From assembly GCA_937773605.1 (NCBI GenBank), contig CALJVP010000006.1, positions 41,993 to 105,992 on the forward strand: a DNA stretch of 64,000 nucleotides. The letters are read 5' to 3'. Each line of letters begins with the position of its first letter. Within the stretch, counting starts at the first letter, position 1. The stretch is from an uncultured SAR86 cluster bacterium (GTDB lineage Bacteria; Pseudomonadota; Gammaproteobacteria; Magnimaribacterales; Magnimaribacteraceae). The translations under genes and the position numbers were made by a program. This document shows positions 52,305 through 62,924 of the stretch, in pieces. The notes under the pieces were generated by a model. That model was not told where the DNA came from. It did not search any database and worked only from the letters and a program-made list of their open reading frames with translations.

Positions 52305-54167
52305 GTGGATAGTTTTGATCTTATAGTAATAGGCGGCGGTCACGCAGGCGTTGAGGCTGCATCTGCCGGTGCTCGCATGGGGGTTAAGACCCTTTTAATT
52401 AGCCACAAAAAAGACACCATTGGTCAAATGTCCTGTAACCCAGCAATAGGTGGAATAGGAAAAAGCCACCTAGCAAAAGAGGTTGATGCCTTAGGCGGTC
52501 TTATGGCGAAAGCAACGGACCTGTCGGCCATTCACTACAGAGTGTTAAATGCAACAAAAGGCCAAGCCGTGAGGGCGACCAGGGCGCAAACGGACAGGCA
52601 GTTATACAGGGAGGCAATACAAGATCTTTTGAAAGCAGAAGAGAACCTAACCATATTGGAAGATTCGGTTGAGGATATAGTTGTAGAAAGTGGGACTATA
52701 AAGGCCGTTATAACCTCCAACACAGGCGAGGTGAAAGCAAAGAAGGTCGTTTTAACAACAGGAACTTTTCTTGGCGGAATTATGCACACGGGGCTGGAAC
52801 AAAAACCAGGAGGAAGAATAGGAGATCCGCCAAGCAACATCCTGGCGCAAAAGCTCAGAGCCATGCCTTTCAGGGTGGGGAGGCTGAAAACAGGAACGCC
52901 TCCAAGGCTGGACGGAGAAACTATTGATTGGTCGAAGCTGTCGGAACAACCCGGCGACACCCCGACACCCCTCATGTCATACACGGGCAACAAAGAGGAC
53001 CACCAAAAACAAATCAACTGTCACATCACACGAACAAACACAGAGACACACAAGATAATAAGGGACTCTTTAGATAAATCACCACTGTACAGTGGAGTTA
53101 TAGAGGGAGTTGGTCCGCGCTACTGCCCCTCTATCGAAGACAAAGTGGTCAGGTATGCAGAAAGAAGCTCCCACCAAATATTTGTAGAACCCGAGGGGCT
53201 AAACACAAACGAAATATACCCAAACGGCATATCAACAAGCCTGCCACCCGAAGCCCAGTTAAAAATGATAAGGTCCATAACAGGCTTTGAAGAGACCAAC
53301 ATAACAAAGCAAGGCTATGCCATAGAGTACGATTTTTTTGATCCAAGAGATCTGCGCCATTCACTTGAAACAAAACACATTCAAGGGCTTTATTTCGCAG
53401 GACAAATAAACGGCACAACGGGATATGAGGAGGCGGCAGCGCAAGGCTTAATGGCGGGAATAAACGCCGCACTAAAAATCCAAAACAAGAAAGAATGGAC
53501 GCCAGGCAGGCATGAAGCATACGTGGGAGTTTTGATCGACGACCTTGTAACCCTTGGAACAAAAGAACCCTACAGGATGTTCACGAGCCGAGCCGAATAC
53601 AGGCTGATTTTAAGAGAAGACAACGCGGATATGCGGCTGACAAAAAAAGGAAGAGAGCTTGGCTTGGTCGACGATAAACTTTGGCACAAACACCTAGACA
53701 AAGAAAAACAAAGCAAGGACGAGCTCAGGGCACTTAAAACCAGGAAAATTAAACCTGAGTCAAAAGAGGCCAAAACCCTTGAGCTGGATACAGGCGAAAC
53801 AGTGGCTGCAACAAAAACCCATCACGAGCTTTTAAAAAGACCAGCGATAAAGTACCACAACCTGCCCGAACACAACGAAACCTTAACAAAAAACATAATT
53901 GACGAAATAGAGGCTGAGATAAAATACGCAGGCTATGTGGAGAGGCAAAAAACCGAAATAACCAGGCTTCAAAAAAACGAAAACACAAAAATTCCTAAAA
54001 CTTTGGACTATGAAAACGTTATAGGCCTCTCAAACGAAGTCAGGCAAAAGCTTATGTCTGCTAAACCCGAAAGCCTTGCCAGGGCATCTAGACTCCCAGG
54101 TATCACACCGGCGGCCATATCGCTTTTGATGGTACATATAAAAAAAGAAAGAAAACTAGCGGGTTGA
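52305..54167 (+). CDS. mnmG: tRNA uridine 5-carboxymethylaminomethyl modification enzyme MnmG (GidA)
   Basis: FAD motif [12 protein letters not shown] and [14 protein letters not shown], 620 aa. GTG start. Confidence 0.96.
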   Translation: MDSFDLIVIGGGHAGVEAASAGARMGVKTLLISHKKDTIGQMSCNPAIGGIGKSHLAKEVDALGGLMAKATDLSAIHYRVLNATKGQAVRATRAQTDRQLYREAIQDLLKAEENLTILEDSVEDIVVESGTIKAVITSNTGEVKAKKVVLTTGTFLGGIMHTGLEQKPGGRIGDPPSNILAQKLRAMPFRVGRLKTGTPPRLDGETIDWSKLSEQPGDTPTPLMSYTGNKEDHQKQINCHITRTNTETHKIIRDSLDKSPLYSGVIEGVGPRYCPSIEDKVVRYAERSSHQIFVEPEGLNTNEIYPNGISTSLPPEAQLKMIRSITGFEETNITKQGYAIEYDFFDPRDLRHSLETKHIQGLYFAGQINGTTGYEEAAAQGLMAGINAALKIQNKKEWTPGRHEAYVGVLIDDLVTLGTKEPYRMFTSRAEYRLILREDNADMRLTKKGRELGLVDDKLWHKHLDKEKQSKDELRALKTRKIKPESKEAKTLELDTGETVAATKTHHELLKRPAIKYHNLPEHNETLTKNIIDEIEAEIKYAGYVERQKTEITRLQKNENTKIPKTLDYENVIGLSNEVRQKLMSAKPESLARASRLPGITPAAISLLMVHIKKERKLAG

Positions 54168-54170
54168 ATA

Positions 54171-54728
54171 TTGAGCCAACTGGATAAGTACAAAGAATTA
54201 CTGCTTAAGTGGAACAAAACCCACAATCTTGTCTCCAAAAGTCAGGCACAAAATTTAGATGAACACATAGAAGACTCTCTTTCTGTATCAAATTTTTTGG
54301 GCCCTGAGATTTTGGATCTTGGAAGCGGAGGGGGCTTCCCCGGCATTCCTCTTGCTATAAAAAACCCTGAAAAAAAACTCCACCTTGTAGAAAGTAATGC
54401 AAAAAAAGCAGCCTTTTTGCTCAACACCACCAACCAACTGGAGCTGAAGAACATTAAGGTCTATAACAAGAGAATAGAAGATCTGCGACCCGAGGAGTTT
54501 CCCGCTGCTCTTGAAATAATCACACGGGCCTTTGGTTCGGCCACTCAAATAATAAAATCTTCAGAGCGCTTCCTGTCTTGCCCTGGAAACGCATTAAAAT
54601 TAATGAAAACCACCCAACAATACAAAGAAGAACAACTGCCAGCTGGCTACGAAGAAACAAAACTAGAAAAGATTTTGTTAAAAGGAAAAGACAAGGGACG
54701 CATCTTGGTTACAATAGAATCAACATAA
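54171..54728 (+). CDS. rsmG: 16S rRNA (guanine527-N7)-methyltransferase RsmG (GidB)
   Basis: SAM motif ILDLGSGGGFPGIPLAI, 185 aa, directly downstream of mnmG. TTG start. Confidence 0.9.
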   Translation: MSQLDKYKELLLKWNKTHNLVSKSQAQNLDEHIEDSLSVSNFLGPEILDLGSGGGFPGIPLAIKNPEKKLHLVESNAKKAAFLLNTTNQLELKNIKVYNKRIEDLRPEEFPAALEIITRAFGSATQIIKSSERFLSCPGNALKLMKTTQQYKEEQLPAGYEETKLEKILLKGKDKGRILVTIEST

Positions 54729-54736
54729 AGTTAATT

Positions 54737-55516
54737 TTGAAAACTCTAGTAATCGCCAATCAGAAAGGGGGTGTTGGAAAAACAACAACCGCAGTAAATT
54801 TATGTGCTTCGCTGGCTGCCATGAAAAGAAGGGTTTTGTTGGTCGATGCAGATCCGCAAGCAAATGCGACAACAGGCTCTGGTTTGGAAAAAGTTGATGA
54901 AACCGAAGGGACCTCGTCCGCGCTACTAAATTTAGAAGGAAAAAGGGTTTTTAAAACAGAAAGCATGGGGTACGACGTTATGCCCTCTGGCCCCTCTTTG
55001 GTCGCAGCCGAATCCCAACTAAGAAACATGGAAGAAAGAGAGCTTGCACTATTAAAAAGCCTAGAGCCCCTTCAGGATAAATACGACTACGTCATAATAG
55101 ACTGTCCCCCCTCGCTTAACCTTTTAACAATAAACGGACTGAGGGCTTCCAAGAACCTCCTTGTTCCAATGCAGTGCGAGTATTTTGCACTGGAAGGCTT
55201 GGCTGGGCTTATAGAAACCATAGACCAGCTGAACGCTAGCACGGGCCACAACCTTAGACTCAGGGCGATTGTTAGAACAATGTTTGATCCTAGAAACAAG
55301 CTGGGCAGGCAGGTAACCGAGGAGCTTGCTACCCATTTTAAAGACGAGCTTTTTTCAACGGTCATTCCAAGAAACATAAAGCTGGCAGAAGCACCAAGTT
55401 TTGGAAAATCAGCCCTAGCTTACGAACCAAATGCAAAAGGAACCCTGGCTTATCTGGCCATGGCGGGCGAACTAATAGCAAGAATGGAAGACCAGTATAA
55501 GGAGGGCGCAATATGA
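54737..55516 (+). CDS. parA: Chromosome partitioning ATPase ParA (Soj)
   Basis: Deviant Walker A NQKGGVGKTTT. The start is placed at TTG 54737, just after the rsmG stop. The ORF-track extension back to 54578 overlaps rsmG and looks spurious. Confidence 0.9.
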   Translation: MKTLVIANQKGGVGKTTTAVNLCASLAAMKRRVLLVDADPQANATTGSGLEKVDETEGTSSALLNLEGKRVFKTESMGYDVMPSGPSLVAAESQLRNMEERELALLKSLEPLQDKYDYVIIDCPPSLNLLTINGLRASKNLLVPMQCEYFALEGLAGLIETIDQLNASTGHNLRLRAIVRTMFDPRNKLGRQVTEELATHFKDELFSTVIPRNIKLAEAPSFGKSALAYEPNAKGTLAYLAMAGELIARMEDQYKEGAI

Positions 55517-56361
55517 CAAAAGACAATTCATCTCTTGGAAAGGGTTTGGGCTCACTCCTGGGCGACAGGCCAAAGCAACAAGTTTCCGGTTTAACGGAAA
55601 TCGCTACGGAAGACTTAACACCCGGGCAATACCAACCAAGAAAAAAAATGTACAGAGACACGCTGGAGGAATTGGCTGAAAGTATAAAGCAACAGGGTGT
55701 TCTGCAACCGCTGGTTGCAAGAAGACTGGCCTCCGGGCGATATGAGATTGTTGTGGGAGAGAGAAGATGGAGAGCGGCACAGATGGCCGGGCTCAGCACA
55801 GTTCCAACGGTGGTGAGGGATTTGAACAACAACGAAACGGCTAAAATTGCTTTGATAGAAAATTTACAAAGAGAAGATCTCAATGCGATGGACCAGGCCA
55901 GGGGCCTGCAACGCCTTCAAAAAGAATTTAATTTATCTCAAGAATCTCTTGGCGAGGCCGTGGGCAAGTCAAGATCATCAGTAACGAATTTGTTGAGACT
56001 TCTAAATCTCTCGTCAGAAGTTCAAGAGTTTTTAGAACAAGGAAAGTTGGAGATGGGACATGCAAGGGCACTTCTTTCTTTGGATGAGTCAAAACAAAAC
56101 ACTTTTGCCCTTGAAATAATAAAAAAAGGTTTTTCAGTGAGAGAAACCGAAAGATACGTTTCCGAAAAGAAAAATAAAACAACCCCCAAAGATGCCCAAA
56201 AAACAAAAGACCCAAACACAACTCTTCTAGAGAGGGAAGTTTCTGAGATTCTGGGAGCTGCAACCGAGATAAAGCATAACAAACAGGGCAAGGGCAAGTT
56301 GGTAATCAACTTTAAAACCCTTGACGCCTTGCAGGGTATTTTAGAAAAAATAAAATCATAA
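55513..56361 (+). CDS. parB: Chromosome partitioning protein ParB (Spo0J)
   Basis: GERRWRAA arginine patch, IENLQREDLN and an HTH region. The start overlaps the parA stop (ATGA). Confidence 0.93.
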   Translation: MTKDNSSLGKGLGSLLGDRPKQQVSGLTEIATEDLTPGQYQPRKKMYRDTLEELAESIKQQGVLQPLVARRLASGRYEIVVGERRWRAAQMAGLSTVPTVVRDLNNNETAKIALIENLQREDLNAMDQARGLQRLQKEFNLSQESLGEAVGKSRSSVTNLLRLLNLSSEVQEFLEQGKLEMGHARALLSLDESKQNTFALEIIKKGFSVRETERYVSEKKNKTTPKDAQKTKDPNTTLLEREVSEILGAATEIKHNKQGKGKLVINFKTLDALQGILEKIKS

Positions 56362-56387
56362 AAAATTTAAAAAAAGCACATTTCTGC

Positions 56388-56416
56388 TTGGACTCCTGAG
56401 CACACATCTCTATAAT
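56388..56416 (+). promoter_or_regulatory. Putative sigma-70 promoter of the atp operon
   Basis: TTGGAC (-35), 17-nt spacer, perfect TATAAT (-10), 22 nt upstream of the atpB ATG. No atpI ORF lies in between. Confidence 0.45.
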
Positions 56417-56438
56417 TGCCGCGCCTAACGAAATCAGA

Positions 56439-57374
56439 ATGGCCAATAAAGAACTAAACTCGACAGACTACATACAACACCACCTTCAAAACTTAACCTT
56501 TGGAGAGTGCTCTGATGGGGAATGGAGATTCGCGGACGGCCACATAAATTTTGGAAAAGATCACGAGGCACATGTTGAGCAAAAAGATTACACGTGCGAC
56601 GTCAATGAAATGGGATTCAATGCCGTTCACGTAGACACCATGGCTGTTTCAATTTTTCTGGGCTGTCTTGTGAGCTTCTTTTTTTGGTCGATAACAAGAA
56701 AAGCCTCAGTAAAAAACCCCAGTAAATTACAAAATGCTTTTGAATACGCATTCGACTTTGTGCGAGGGGCGGTGAATGACACTTTCGTTCCAAAAAACAA
56801 CAACATAATAGGGCCCTTGGCACTTACATCTATTTCGTGGGTCTTAGCAATGAACTTGATGGACTTATTGCCAGTAGACCTGATACCTTGGATAGCAAAC
56901 GGCTTCCAGGCCTCAAACATGTACGGTCCGGTTCACTACTTTAAAATACTTCCCGTGGCAGATATTAATGCGCCCGCAGGAATGGCTCTTGGAATAGCTG
57001 TACTCATTCATTATTACAGTATCAAAAATAAAGGCCTGGGAGGCTTTGTTGCGGAATTAACACTGCAACCACTAGGTAAATGGGCACTTCCCTTCAACAT
57101 GATCGTTGAAATTCCAGGGTTCTATGCAAAACAAGGCGCGCTGGCTTTGAGACTTTATGGAAATCTATTTGCTGGAGAAATGATATTTATTTTAATAGCC
57201 CTTCTTTTTGGAAGCTTCTTTGAAAGCGTATCCGGAGCTATGTGGGGTGTTTTAGGGATTCTTTTGCACATGGGCTGGGCAATATTCCATATTTTAATAA
57301 TTGCACTACAAGCCTATGTTTTTATGATTTTAACTGTTGTGTTTTTAAACCAAGCACACGAAACTCACCACTAA
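56439..57374 (+). CDS. atpB: F0F1 ATP synthase subunit a
   Basis: DYIQHHLQNL N-terminus, LRLYGNLFAGE with the essential Arg, and the C-terminal FHILIIALQAYVFMILTVVFL. Confidence 0.95.
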   Translation: MANKELNSTDYIQHHLQNLTFGECSDGEWRFADGHINFGKDHEAHVEQKDYTCDVNEMGFNAVHVDTMAVSIFLGCLVSFFFWSITRKASVKNPSKLQNAFEYAFDFVRGAVNDTFVPKNNNIIGPLALTSISWVLAMNLMDLLPVDLIPWIANGFQASNMYGPVHYFKILPVADINAPAGMALGIAVLIHYYSIKNKGLGGFVAELTLQPLGKWALPFNMIVEIPGFYAKQGALALRLYGNLFAGEMIFILIALLFGSFFESVSGAMWGVLGILLHMGWAIFHILIIALQAYVFMILTVVFLNQAHETHH

Positions 57375-57392
57375 TTAATTAAGGAGAAAAAA

Positions 57393-57614
57393 ATGGATGA
57401 ATTAAGATTAGTAGCTGGAGCCATACTGGCCGGTTTAGGCGCTGTTGGCGGTGCTATCGGCGTAGGCGTAGCAGCATCAAAGTACCTTGAAGGAATAGCA
57501 AGACAGCCTGAGCTGCAAAGTTATCTTTTGGGTCAGTTTTTTATAATGATGGCATTAGTAGACGCTTTGCCAATTATATCGCTGGCTTTTGGACTTATAT
57601 TTCTATTCACCTAG
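57393..57614 (+). CDS. atpE: F0F1 ATP synthase subunit c
   Basis: 73-aa hairpin with ARQPE loop and MALVDALPII carrying the proton-binding Asp. Confidence 0.93.
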   Translation: MDELRLVAGAILAGLGAVGGAIGVGVAASKYLEGIARQPELQSYLLGQFFIMMALVDALPIISLAFGLIFLFT

Positions 57615-57632
57615 ACAACAAGAAAGGATCAA

Positions 57633-58103
57633 ATGAATTTTAATTACACATTAATAGGCCAGCTTCTGGCATTCATTTTGTTTGTGTGGTTCTGCATGAA
57701 GTATGTCTGGCCCCCAATGCTACAAATCCTGGAAGAAAGAGAGAAAGAAATCTCTGATGGACTGGACGCAGCTAGCAAAGGAAAAAGAGAGCTTGAAGAG
57801 GCGGAAACTAAAAAAGCCGAAGTAATGGGCGCTGCAAAAAAAGAAGCAGCTGAACTCATTAATCAAGCCAACCTTAGAGCAAACCAAATGGTTGAAGATG
57901 CTAAATCCAAGGCCCAAGAAGAGGCTGATAGAATCAAAGAATCTGCAGAAAAGGACGTGGTTCAAAGCATGAATAAGGCCAGAGAGGGTCTCAGATCTGA
58001 GGTTGCAGTTTTGGCTGTGGCTGGTGCAGAAAAGCTGCTTAAGGCTGAAATAGACCAAGAAGCCAACGCCTCATTAATAGATGAAATAGCCGGCGAACTT
58101 TAA
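57633..58103 (+). CDS. atpF: F0F1 ATP synthase subunit b
   Basis: N-terminal TM followed by a long charged helix, 156 aa, in the canonical operon position. Confidence 0.9.
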   Translation: MNFNYTLIGQLLAFILFVWFCMKYVWPPMLQILEEREKEISDGLDAASKGKRELEEAETKKAEVMGAAKKEAAELINQANLRANQMVEDAKSKAQEEADRIKESAEKDVVQSMNKAREGLRSEVAVLAVAGAEKLLKAEIDQEANASLIDEIAGEL

Positions 58104-58105
58104 CA

Positions 58106-58621
58106 ATGGCAAATAACTCGACACTCTCTAGACCATACGCCCAGGCTTTGTTTGAGCATTCTGACGACTGGTCGAGTGATTTAGAAAAAATTTCGTTAGC
58201 CGTTGGAGATTCTAGCGTTGCTAACTTGATTGATTCACCGCACCTCTCTTACCAAGAAAAGGTCAAACAGTTTTTGGCGCTGTTCGAAGGAGAGATTGAG
58301 TCTAAGGCTGTAAGTTTTCTAAAAGTTCTGGGCGAGTCTAAAAGACTTTCGCTGATACCGGACATAGAAAAAGAGTACAAGGCATTAATGGCAAGCAAGG
58401 AAGGGGAGAAAACCGTAGAGCTGTTATCGCCCTTTGCCCTTTCGGCAGAGCAGCAAGAAAAAGTTACAACATCCCTAAAGAAGCGTTTCGGTGAAAATTT
58501 AATAATAGAAGCCGGAGTGGACGAATCCCTAATAGGTGGTTTTTTAGCAAGAAGCGGAGACGATGTTCTTGATGCATCGATCAAAGGAAAGCTTGAAAAA
58601 CTAAGCAATCAATTAACATAA
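58106..58621 (+). CDS. atpH: F0F1 ATP synthase subunit delta
   Basis: N-terminal RPYAQALFE (OSCP-like), 171 aa, in the canonical operon position. Confidence 0.9.
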   Translation: MANNSTLSRPYAQALFEHSDDWSSDLEKISLAVGDSSVANLIDSPHLSYQEKVKQFLALFEGEIESKAVSFLKVLGESKRLSLIPDIEKEYKALMASKEGEKTVELLSPFALSAEQQEKVTTSLKKRFGENLIIEAGVDESLIGGFLARSGDDVLDASIKGKLEKLSNQLT

Positions 58622-58637
58622 ATATCAAAGGTTAAAA

Positions 58638-60182
58638 ATGGAAGAACTAAACCCATCTGAAATAAGTCAAATAATAAGACAAAAAATTGACGCTTTGGAT
58701 TCAGAACCAAAGCCAAGCAACGAAGGCACAATTGTCTTTTTAGCAGACGGCATAGCCAGAATACACGGGCTAGGCGAAGTCATGAATGGCGAACTGATCC
58801 AGTTTGAGCACGGCGTTCAAGGAATGGCCCTAAACCTCGAAAGAGATTTTGTTGGAGCCGTTATTCTTGGAGATTATAGGCTTCTGGCGGAAGGCGAGAC
58901 GGCCAAATGCACCGGGACCATTTTAGAGGTTCCTGTTGGAGAAGCTCTTCTAGGAAGAGTGGTCAATGCACTCGGAGAGCCAATAGATGGCAAAGGAGCC
59001 ATAGACACGGAGCTAAGATCTCCCGTAGAAAAAATTGCCCCTGGTGTTATTTCAAGACAAGGAGTTGATCAGCCCGTTCAAATAGGACTGAAAGCAATTG
59101 ATAGCATGGTCCCCGTAGGGCGAGGGCAACGAGAACTAATCATTGGCGACAGACAAACAGGAAAAACCGCCATTGCCATTGATGCAATCATCAACCAAAA
59201 AGACACCGGCGTTAAATGCGTCTACGTGGCAATAGGACAAAAACAATCAACCATCGCTGGAGTGGTAAGAACGCTAGAAAAATACGGCGCAATGGAAAAC
59301 ACCATAGTTGTTGCAGCAGGAGCGGCAGACCCGGCTCCCATGCAGTACATAGCAGCATTTTCTGGTTGTTCAATGGGAGAATATTTTAGAGATCGCGGAG
59401 AAGATGCTTTGATTGTCTATGACGATTTAACTAAGCAAGCTTGGGCCTACAGACAAATGTCTCTTCTGCTAAAAAGACCTCCAGGAAGAGAGGCTTATCC
59501 AGGTGATGTTTTCTACCTTCACTCAAGACTCCTGGAAAGATCAGCAAGAGTTAGCGCGGATTACGTTGAAAAATTTACAGACGGAAAGGTAAAAGGAAAA
59601 ACGGGCTCTTTAACTGCACTTCCTATAATTGAAACCCAAGCAGGAGATGTCTCAGCGTTCGTTCCAACAAACGTTATTTCCATTACTGATGGACAAATTT
59701 TTCTAGAAACCTCGCTTTTTAGTGCAGGATTAAAACCGGCAATGGATCCGGGCATATCCGTATCAAGAGTTGGAGGAGCGGCGCAGCTTCCCATCATAAA
59801 AAAACTTGGTGGCGGAATCAGGACGGCGCTAGCGCAGTACAGAGAACTAGAGGCCTTCTCGCAGTTTGCATCTGATCTCGATGATGCATCGAGAGAGCAG
59901 CTAGAGCATGGAACGCGTGTAACCGAGCTCATGAAGCAAGGACAAAACTCACCCATGAGCGTGTCTGAAATGGGAGCTGTTCTTTTTGCAGCTAACGAAG
60001 GCTACCTAAAAGAAGTCGAAGTAGAGAAAATTAAAGATTTTGAAAAAGCTTTACTGGCTTATTTGCATTCAGAGCACACCGAGCTCATGAAAACCGTAGC
60101 AGAAACTGGTGATTACGGTGATGCGGTTGCTGCAGAATTCAAGGAAGCTTTAGATAATTTTGTGAGCACACAGACCTACTAA
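58638..60182 (+). CDS. atpA: F0F1 ATP synthase subunit alpha
   Basis: Walker A GDRQTGKT and the alpha-type context [18 protein letters not shown]. Confidence 0.97.
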   Translation: MEELNPSEISQIIRQKIDALDSEPKPSNEGTIVFLADGIARIHGLGEVMNGELIQFEHGVQGMALNLERDFVGAVILGDYRLLAEGETAKCTGTILEVPVGEALLGRVVNALGEPIDGKGAIDTELRSPVEKIAPGVISRQGVDQPVQIGLKAIDSMVPVGRGQRELIIGDRQTGKTAIAIDAIINQKDTGVKCVYVAIGQKQSTIAGVVRTLEKYGAMENTIVVAAGAADPAPMQYIAAFSGCSMGEYFRDRGEDALIVYDDLTKQAWAYRQMSLLLKRPPGREAYPGDVFYLHSRLLERSARVSADYVEKFTDGKVKGKTGSLTALPIIETQAGDVSAFVPTNVISITDGQIFLETSLFSAGLKPAMDPGISVSRVGGAAQLPIIKKLGGGIRTALAQYRELEAFSQFASDLDDASREQLEHGTRVTELMKQGQNSPMSVSEMGAVLFAANEGYLKEVEVEKIKDFEKALLAYLHSEHTELMKTVAETGDYGDAVAAEFKEALDNFVSTQTY

Positions 60183-60185
60183 AAA

Positions 60186-61049
60186 ATGGCAAATAGCAAA
60201 GAAGTAAGAAACCAGATCGCCAGTATTGGGAATACCCAAAAGATTACTAGCGCCATGGAAAAAGTTGCTGCCAGCAAAATGAAAAAGACCGAAGTTAGAA
60301 TGGCGAAAGGCAGGCCTTACAGAGAAAGAATGCTGGAAGTTATATCGCATTTAGCAAACGGACAGCCTGAATACAAGCCCACTTACATGGATGAAAGAGA
60401 AGTAAAAAATGTTGCAATTATTGTTGTTACTTCTGACAAGGGACTTTGCGGCGGTCTTAATGCTAATCTGCTAAGGCAGGTTACAAGATTTACAAAAGAA
60501 CTCTCAGAAGAAGGAAAGCAAGTAAGCTTTTGCCTAATTGGCACCAAAGGAAGAGCCTTCTTTAAATCTTACGGAGGAAAAATTATTTCAGCAACTGAAA
60601 AGCTGGGGGACGATCCTTCTATCGAAGAATTGCTTGGAGCGATAAAAGTACTTCTGGACTCTTTTGTTGAAGGTGAGGTGGATAAAATTTATCTAGCGAG
60701 CAACAAGTTTGTAAACACAATGTCTCAAAACCCAACGGTAGAACAATTAGTGCCTTTGGTGAGAGAAGAGACCGAACAAAAATCTCAACACTGGGACTAT
60801 TTATATGAACCCGATGACTCAAGAGTGATATTGGACGGATTGATGTCAAGGTACATTGAATCTTTGGTTTATCAAGGAGTGGTAGAGAATATTGCCTGTG
60901 AGCAGGCAGCGAAAATGGTGGCCATGAAAAGCGCAACTGATAACGCAGGCGACTTAATAGAAGAGTTGCAGCTGGTTTATAACAACGCCAGACAGGCAGC
61001 AATAACACAAGAACTTTCAGAAATTGTAGCGGGTGCAGCGGCACTTTAA
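60186..61049 (+). CDS. atpG: F0F1 ATP synthase subunit gamma
   Basis: N-terminal [28 protein letters not shown] and C-terminal [15 protein letters not shown]. Confidence 0.95.
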   Translation: MANSKEVRNQIASIGNTQKITSAMEKVAASKMKKTEVRMAKGRPYRERMLEVISHLANGQPEYKPTYMDEREVKNVAIIVVTSDKGLCGGLNANLLRQVTRFTKELSEEGKQVSFCLIGTKGRAFFKSYGGKIISATEKLGDDPSIEELLGAIKVLLDSFVEGEVDKIYLASNKFVNTMSQNPTVEQLVPLVREETEQKSQHWDYLYEPDDSRVILDGLMSRYIESLVYQGVVENIACEQAAKMVAMKSATDNAGDLIEELQLVYNNARQAAITQELSEIVAGAAAL

Positions 61050-61056
61050 TTATTAA

Positions 61057-62454
<1,398 letters not shown>

Positions 62455-62455
62455 A

Positions 62456-62869
62456 ATGGCAGTTATCAGTTGCAGCATCGTTAGCCCTGAAGGAGAGTTA
62501 TTCTCAGGCGAAGTTGAAATGCTTATAGCAGAAGGAGGCGCTGGTGAAGTGGCCATTAATCCGCGACACGCTCCCTTGCTCGCAATACTGAAGCCCGGCC
62601 CTTTACGAATCACCATGGAAGGCGGGGAAGAAGAAGTCTTCTATGCCTCCGGTGGTTTCTTGGAAGTACAGCCCGGTTCGATAACCGTATTGACTGACGT
62701 TGCCGAGCGAGCAACGGACCTTGATGAAGCAGAAGCCGAAAGGGCAAAAGAATTGGCCGAAAAAGAACTCGAAGGTCAAAAATCTGACCTTGATTATTCT
62801 TTGGCAGCGGCCCAACTTGCTGAGGCAGCGGCAAGACTTAAGTCGATACAAAAACTTCGCAAGAAGTAG
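62456..62869 (+). CDS. atpC: F0F1 ATP synthase subunit epsilon
   Basis: 137 aa with a beta-sandwich N-terminus and helical C-terminus. It is the last gene of the atp operon. Confidence 0.9.
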   Translation: MAVISCSIVSPEGELFSGEVEMLIAEGGAGEVAINPRHAPLLAILKPGPLRITMEGGEEEVFYASGGFLEVQPGSITVLTDVAERATDLDEAEAERAKELAEKELEGQKSDLDYSLAAAQLAEAAARLKSIQKLRKK

Positions 62870-62924
62870 CCCCGAAACCTCTTTTTTTGGGTATCAGGCC
62901 CTTTTACTCTAGTATATACACCCC

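Noticed and set aside
54578-54736. A long N-terminal extension of the parA ORF given in the ORF track.
   Set aside because: The extension overlaps the 3' part of rsmG in another frame, and its sequence is basic and low-complexity. ParA homology begins at LKTLVIANQKGGVGKTT, right after a TTG at 54737 that follows the rsmG stop.
52535-56309. A train of long minus-strand ORFs (60-173 aa) antisense to mnmG, rsmG, parA and parB, for example 52535..53017, 53149..53562 and 55362..55883.
   Set aside because: Each lies entirely inside a well-supported plus-strand gene. Their translations are low-complexity, rich in Ser, Leu, Pro, Phe and Cys, with no recognisable motifs. Their existence is explained by the T-poor coding strand, which leaves few antisense stop codons. 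I treat them as shadow ORFs.
57393-57614. Possibility of a Na+-translocating F-type ATPase.
   Set aside because: The c-subunit has the Asp carboxylate in an ALVDALP context. It lacks the Gln plus Glu-Ser/Thr pattern associated with Na+ binding, which is consistent with an ordinary proton-coupled enzyme.
62870-62924. A candidate rho-independent terminator after atpC (CCCGAAA...TTTTTGGG).
   Set aside because: The stem needs a G-U pair and is mostly A-U. The T-run lies inside the stem instead of after it, so I could not support it as a terminator.
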